From positions 1 to 38,202 of the forward strand of contig JAKLKB010000073.1 in assembly GCA_023150835.1 (NCBI GenBank): DNA of 38,202 bases, read 5' to 3'. Shown piece after piece: positions 35,144-38,202 of this stretch (its first letter is position 1; each line of letters opens with the position of its first letter). This stretch comes from Myxococcota bacterium (GTDB lineage Bacteria; Myxococcota_C; UBA6777). The notes beneath the pieces are model-generated. The model saw nothing but the letters and a program-made list of their open reading frames with translations, had not been told where the DNA came from and did no database searches. The translations under genes were made by a program, and so were the position numbers.

Positions 35144-35710
35144 ATGCGATCGGAAATCTACCAATTTACGCCGGCTGAGGCCGCTGCGCTTGCAGAACTG
35201 AACGAAAAGCAAGTTCGCAAAGAGATCGAGTACCGAGTGATCGAGGCAGGCTCTCCACCGAGGCTTTCTTTTTCAGCGTTGGCCTACTTGTATCTTGTTC
35301 GGAGGTCGTCTTTTTCGATGGGGGTGAAAGAACGGAGTCTGGTGTACCAACGGCTGTCTGGTGTTTTGACAGAAGAAGAGATCCCAGAAGAGATCGAAGT
35401 GTTTGATCCTTTTTATCTGCGTTTAGGAGAGAAATTATTGCTTTTTCGTGAGCGTGTGGCTTCGTTTTTAACATGGAAAGAAAAGCTTGTGTGCGATCCT
35501 TGTGTTATGGGCGGAGCGCCTACTTTTGCGGGCACGCGTTTGACGGTGCGTCGAATTGGGGAGGCATTGGAGTGAGGGGTGTCTTTGGAAGAATTACGGG
35601 AGGATTATCCTTATCTTTGTATACGAGATTTTGATTTTTCTAGAATTTTTGTTCGTGCTTATCCAGCGACAGGGCGACCTTCAGGCGAGGCGTGCGCACG
35701 AAGTTTTTGA
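35144..35710 (+). pseudogene. DUF433-type antitoxin interrupted by in-frame TGA at 35573-35575
   Basis: GGAGGAG RBS. DP.VMGGAPTFAGTRLTV..I...LE*GVSLEELREDYPYL: the DUF433 motif continues in frame after the stop, to TGA at 35708-35710. Confidence 0.8.
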
Positions 35711-36081
35711 TCGACGAAGACCTCTCGCCCAAATTGGCCGAGTGGGTTTGTATGCGTTGTGGCTTTGATGCTGCGCACGTTCGAGAGCGTGGTTTGTTGG
35801 GGGCCTCTGATCGGGAAGTGTTGGAATTTGCGTTTTTGCAAGATCGCATCCTTGTGACGGCCAACGTCAAAGATTTCCAACATCTTGCACGATCAGTTTC
35901 GCTTCATCCGGGGATAGTGTTGGTTTTGGAGGGATGCTTATCGCGTGATGAGTAGTGGGGCTTGATGGAACGCGCCGTGTTATGCCTTGCGGAGGAGATT
36001 TCTGAAGGCAGGAGCATGATCAACCGCGTGTTGGAGATCGATGCAGAGGGCCAGATGGATTTTTACGGTATTCCAAGCTAA
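35692..36081 (+). pseudogene. DUF5615/PIN-like toxin interrupted by in-frame TAG at 35953-35955
   Basis: KFLIDEDLSP, HV...GL.GASD.EV, RILVTAN.KDF, HPGIV. Reading continues RDE*WGLMERA...MINRVLEID to TAA at 36079-36081. Overlaps the antitoxin 3' end. Confidence 0.8.
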
Positions 36082-36117
36082 GGCGATCGAGCTGGGAAAG
36101 GGAGCAGCCTCCTTGCT

Positions 36118-37221
36118 GTGTGGTTGGTTTTGAGTACGATCCGATGCGCTTTGATCGTACAAAACAAACCAACCAGATCGGCTCAAATAAGGCTACCGCA
36201 GATCCTCAAGCAAGGTCCGTCTGTTTGGCGTTTCACCCCTGCGTTGCTGCACGTTCTTCATGCGAAGACTTTTGTGGGAGCGAGGTTTGACCCGCAAGCG
36301 ATGAAGAAATTGGGTGTTTTGGTGGGGATGATCGAAGCAGGAAAAGCGATGCCGATGGTATCCAAGCAGCACAAGATGCGCCTAGCTTCGTTGTATGCTG
36401 GGATCGCTGCGGAGCCGTGGGCTTTTTTCTCTTCGCCCAAAGCGGAGTTCGAGGATCTTGGACTGGCGCTTTCGTTGGAAAACAAACGCCTCGATATGGT
36501 TGCGAGTTTTACGCAAACAGGGCGCGAGGCGTATCAAGCGGGTCGAAACAATTCAGCACCAACGCTGCGTTCTCGCGCAAAGGACATTCTTGCAGAAGGC
36601 TCTTTGGATGCGGATATACCGGCCATCTTGCAAAAACTGAAAGACGCATTTCCTTGGTCGAAAGGGATCGTGGATCGCTCTCTGCCGTTGGGCGCGGATT
36701 CGTGGACAACAAAGCAGATCAATCAGATTCGTTTGAAGGTGGTGGGGTTTGGTGCGGATAACTACATGGTGATGACGGCCACCCCGCGATTGCAAAAAGC
36801 GGCGGATGGTCGTGTCGTACCGCAAGAGATCGTGGTGAAGGCTTTTTTGCGCGCACCGCCGATCAAACCCCAAGAGGAAACGCATGGCGAGATCCCGCTT
36901 GCCCGTCCGATCATTCTCGGCTCTTTGTCGAAAAAAGTGATCGGTCGGATCGTTCGCCGTTGGTCGAGCCGTATGCGGTATTGTTATGAGCGGCAGTTGA
37001 TCCAACATCCCGAACTTGCGGGAAGATTGGTTGTGTTTTTTGTGATCAACCCGAAGGGGCGGGTCCAAACCGCAAAGATCGCAAGTGCTACGTTAAAGAA
37101 TCGGCCTTTAGAAAGATGCGTCGTCTCGATCTTCCGAGCGATGCGCTTTCCTGCCCCGTTTGGGGGCGGGATCGTTCATGTTCGTTATCCCCTGTTGTTT
37201 CGGCCTGAAGCAGCAAAGTGA
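36118..37221 (+). CDS. Protein with C-terminal AgmX/PglI-type (TonB C-terminal-like) domain; 5' end uncertain, possibly truncated
   Basis: GSLSKKVI.RIVRR....MRYCYERQL...P.LAGR.VV.F.I...GRV......S.TL....LE.CV.......RFP.P.GGG.V.V.YPL.F. No convincing RBS or signal peptide at 36118. Confidence 0.7.
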   Translation: MWLVLSTIRCALIVQNKPTRSAQIRLPQILKQGPSVWRFTPALLHVLHAKTFVGARFDPQAMKKLGVLVGMIEAGKAMPMVSKQHKMRLASLYAGIAAEPWAFFSSPKAEFEDLGLALSLENKRLDMVASFTQTGREAYQAGRNNSAPTLRSRAKDILAEGSLDADIPAILQKLKDAFPWSKGIVDRSLPLGADSWTTKQINQIRLKVVGFGADNYMVMTATPRLQKAADGRVVPQEIVVKAFLRAPPIKPQEETHGEIPLARPIILGSLSKKVIGRIVRRWSSRMRYCYERQLIQHPELAGRLVVFFVINPKGRVQTAKIASATLKNRPLERCVVSIFRAMRFPAPFGGGIVHVRYPLLFRPEAAK

Positions 37222-37264
37222 GCACAACAAAGAGAGGCGGAGTGTCGGGAGGATGCGTCGTGCT

Positions 37265-37510
37265 ATACGAGATCCGAGTGTCGTGTGATCGCAATGTCCT
37301 TGCGATCCGCTGTAACTGCCCAGTCCTTGGGCAGCCACAGGGTGTACTTGGACCCACTCCATCAATTTGTTTGCGATCAGGGTTCCTACAATATTCTGTG
37401 AGAAGCGCACACATAAGGGCCGATACGATTCGTTGCAAACGCCCTGTCCTTGGGCAGCCACAGGGGGCTGCCCCTACGTTTTACAATCACACAATGAGCG
37501 GATTTCGTAT
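37265..37510. mobile_element. MITE-like element, family 2, containing GTAG-type REP copies
   Basis: Left end ATACGAGATCCGAGTG (nearly identical to 7775-7790); right end CGGATTTCGTAT (37499-37510). Internal 25-bp direct repeat at 37318-37342 and 37441-37465. Confidence 0.55.
37452..37477 (-). repeat. GTAG-type REP palindrome
   Basis: Minus strand GTAG-GGGCAGCC-CCCTGT-GGCTGCCC: a GTAG tetranucleotide followed by an 8-bp hairpin, the standard layout of RAYT-associated REPs. Confidence 0.7.
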
Positions 37511-37533
37511 TATCGGCGTGTTTGGGGGCGAGT

Positions 37534-38007
37534 TTAGGCGGGGCGGATCTCGAAGATGGCATCGATCTCGACGCAGCATCCGCGTGGGATAGAGGCCACC
37601 CCCACAGCAAATCGCGCATGGCGTCCTGCATCACCAAGCACCGCCACCAAAAGATCCGAAGCACCGTTGATCACTTCGGGATGTTGGGTGAATTCGGGCA
37701 TGGCTTGGACAAAGCCGCCTAGTTTGAGGCAGCGAACGATCCGCGCTTCGTCGCCTTGGCAAGCGGCCAAAAGCTGCGCGAGCAGATGGAGTCCCACCAA
37801 TCGGGCGGCTTCGTACCCCTGCTCGATGGTGATATCGCCCCCAAGATGGCCTTTGTGTAAGAAACTGCCGTCCTCTTGTTTGGGCAGTTGTCCAGCGATG
37901 TAGACGTGTGTTCCTGATACGCTAAACGGAACGTAGTTGGCCGCAGGAGCCGCTGCCGACGGCAGTTTGAGTCCCAAGGCACTGAGCTTTTCGTGGATGG
38001 AAGGCAT
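37534..38007 (-). CDS. RidA/YjgF family protein
   Basis: LGL.LP....PAANYVP, YIAGQLP, HPEVINGASDLL..V.GDAGRHARFAVGVASIP...VEIDAI. Start ATG 38007. Confidence 0.92.
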   Translation of the reverse strand: MPSIHEKLSALGLKLPSAAAPAANYVPFSVSGTHVYIAGQLPKQEDGSFLHKGHLGGDITIEQGYEAARLVGLHLLAQLLAACQGDEARIVRCLKLGGFVQAMPEFTQHPEVINGASDLLVAVLGDAGRHARFAVGVASIPRGCCVEIDAIFEIRPA

Positions 38008-38054
38008 GTGTATGTTTCTCCAAAAATCGAAGGAGTGCAGTTTGGTTGATTTGG

Positions 38055-38202
38055 TGGGGCTTTGCCCCATACGCGCCTTGTTAAGGTGGAAACACCGGAG
38101 GGTCGAGGATGATCGCCGTTTTGGGTGTTGGCCCCCCCTCAATCCCCCCGTGAACGGGGGGAAGTTGGAACGGGTAGCGTCTGCGTCTCGTGCATACAGC
38201 GT
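38055..38202. repeat. Dispersed repeat family (inverted module B running into module A), truncated by the window end
   Basis: 38055-38168 is a near reverse complement of ~6933-7046. The final AGCGTCTGCG(TC)TCGTGCATACAGCGT resembles bases 2-28. Confidence 0.85.

Noticed and set aside
35573-35955. Alternative genetic code, or Sec/Pyl recoding of the TA stops
   Set aside because: TGA and TAG terminate other genes normally in this window (e.g. M20 TGA, giant gene TAG), and single C-to-T changes explain both stops.
1-38202. Circular plasmid or phage suggested by similar ends
   Set aside because: The terminal 28-mers differ at several positions and belong to a dispersed repeat. The content is chromosomal (purB) with no rep, integrase or virion genes.

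Overview
A 38.2-kb chromosomal contig. It is probably from a Myxococcota-like bacterium; this is an inference from the Cys-rich lipoproteins, the AgmX/PglI-type TonB-like C-terminal domain and the membrane Ser/Thr kinase. Both ends fall inside copies of one dispersed palindromic repeat family. Recognisable genes: a large MscS-family channel, an M20 dipeptidase, purB, a metallophosphoesterase, a PAS-GGDEF-EAL protein, a Ser/Thr kinase, a PG-binding/C39-like peptidase, a macrodomain protein, a TraR/DksA protein and a RidA-family protein. Most interesting content: (i) a six-gene minus-strand cluster of three paralogous ATP-grasp ligases, a peptidase S51/cyanophycinase-like hydrolase and two alpha/beta-hydrolases, a candidate make-and-break system for an unknown peptide or polymer; (ii) a circularly permuted ATP-grasp-like gene paired with an M20 dipeptidase; (iii) an unannotated ~330-nt minus-strand transcription unit with an A-tract promoter, hairpins, an 18-nt perfect complement to the 16S 3' end, a 16-aa ORF and an intrinsic terminator; (iv) a 2106-aa exported protein of unknown function; (v) a DUF433/PIN toxin-antitoxin pair in which each gene carries one in-frame stop; (vi) two MITE-like families, one copy with intact TIRs and an 8-bp target duplication; (vii) an apparent sawtooth G/C strand skew. 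No rRNA, tRNA, cas gene or transposase was seen. All family calls come from motifs recognised by eye; no database searches were run.
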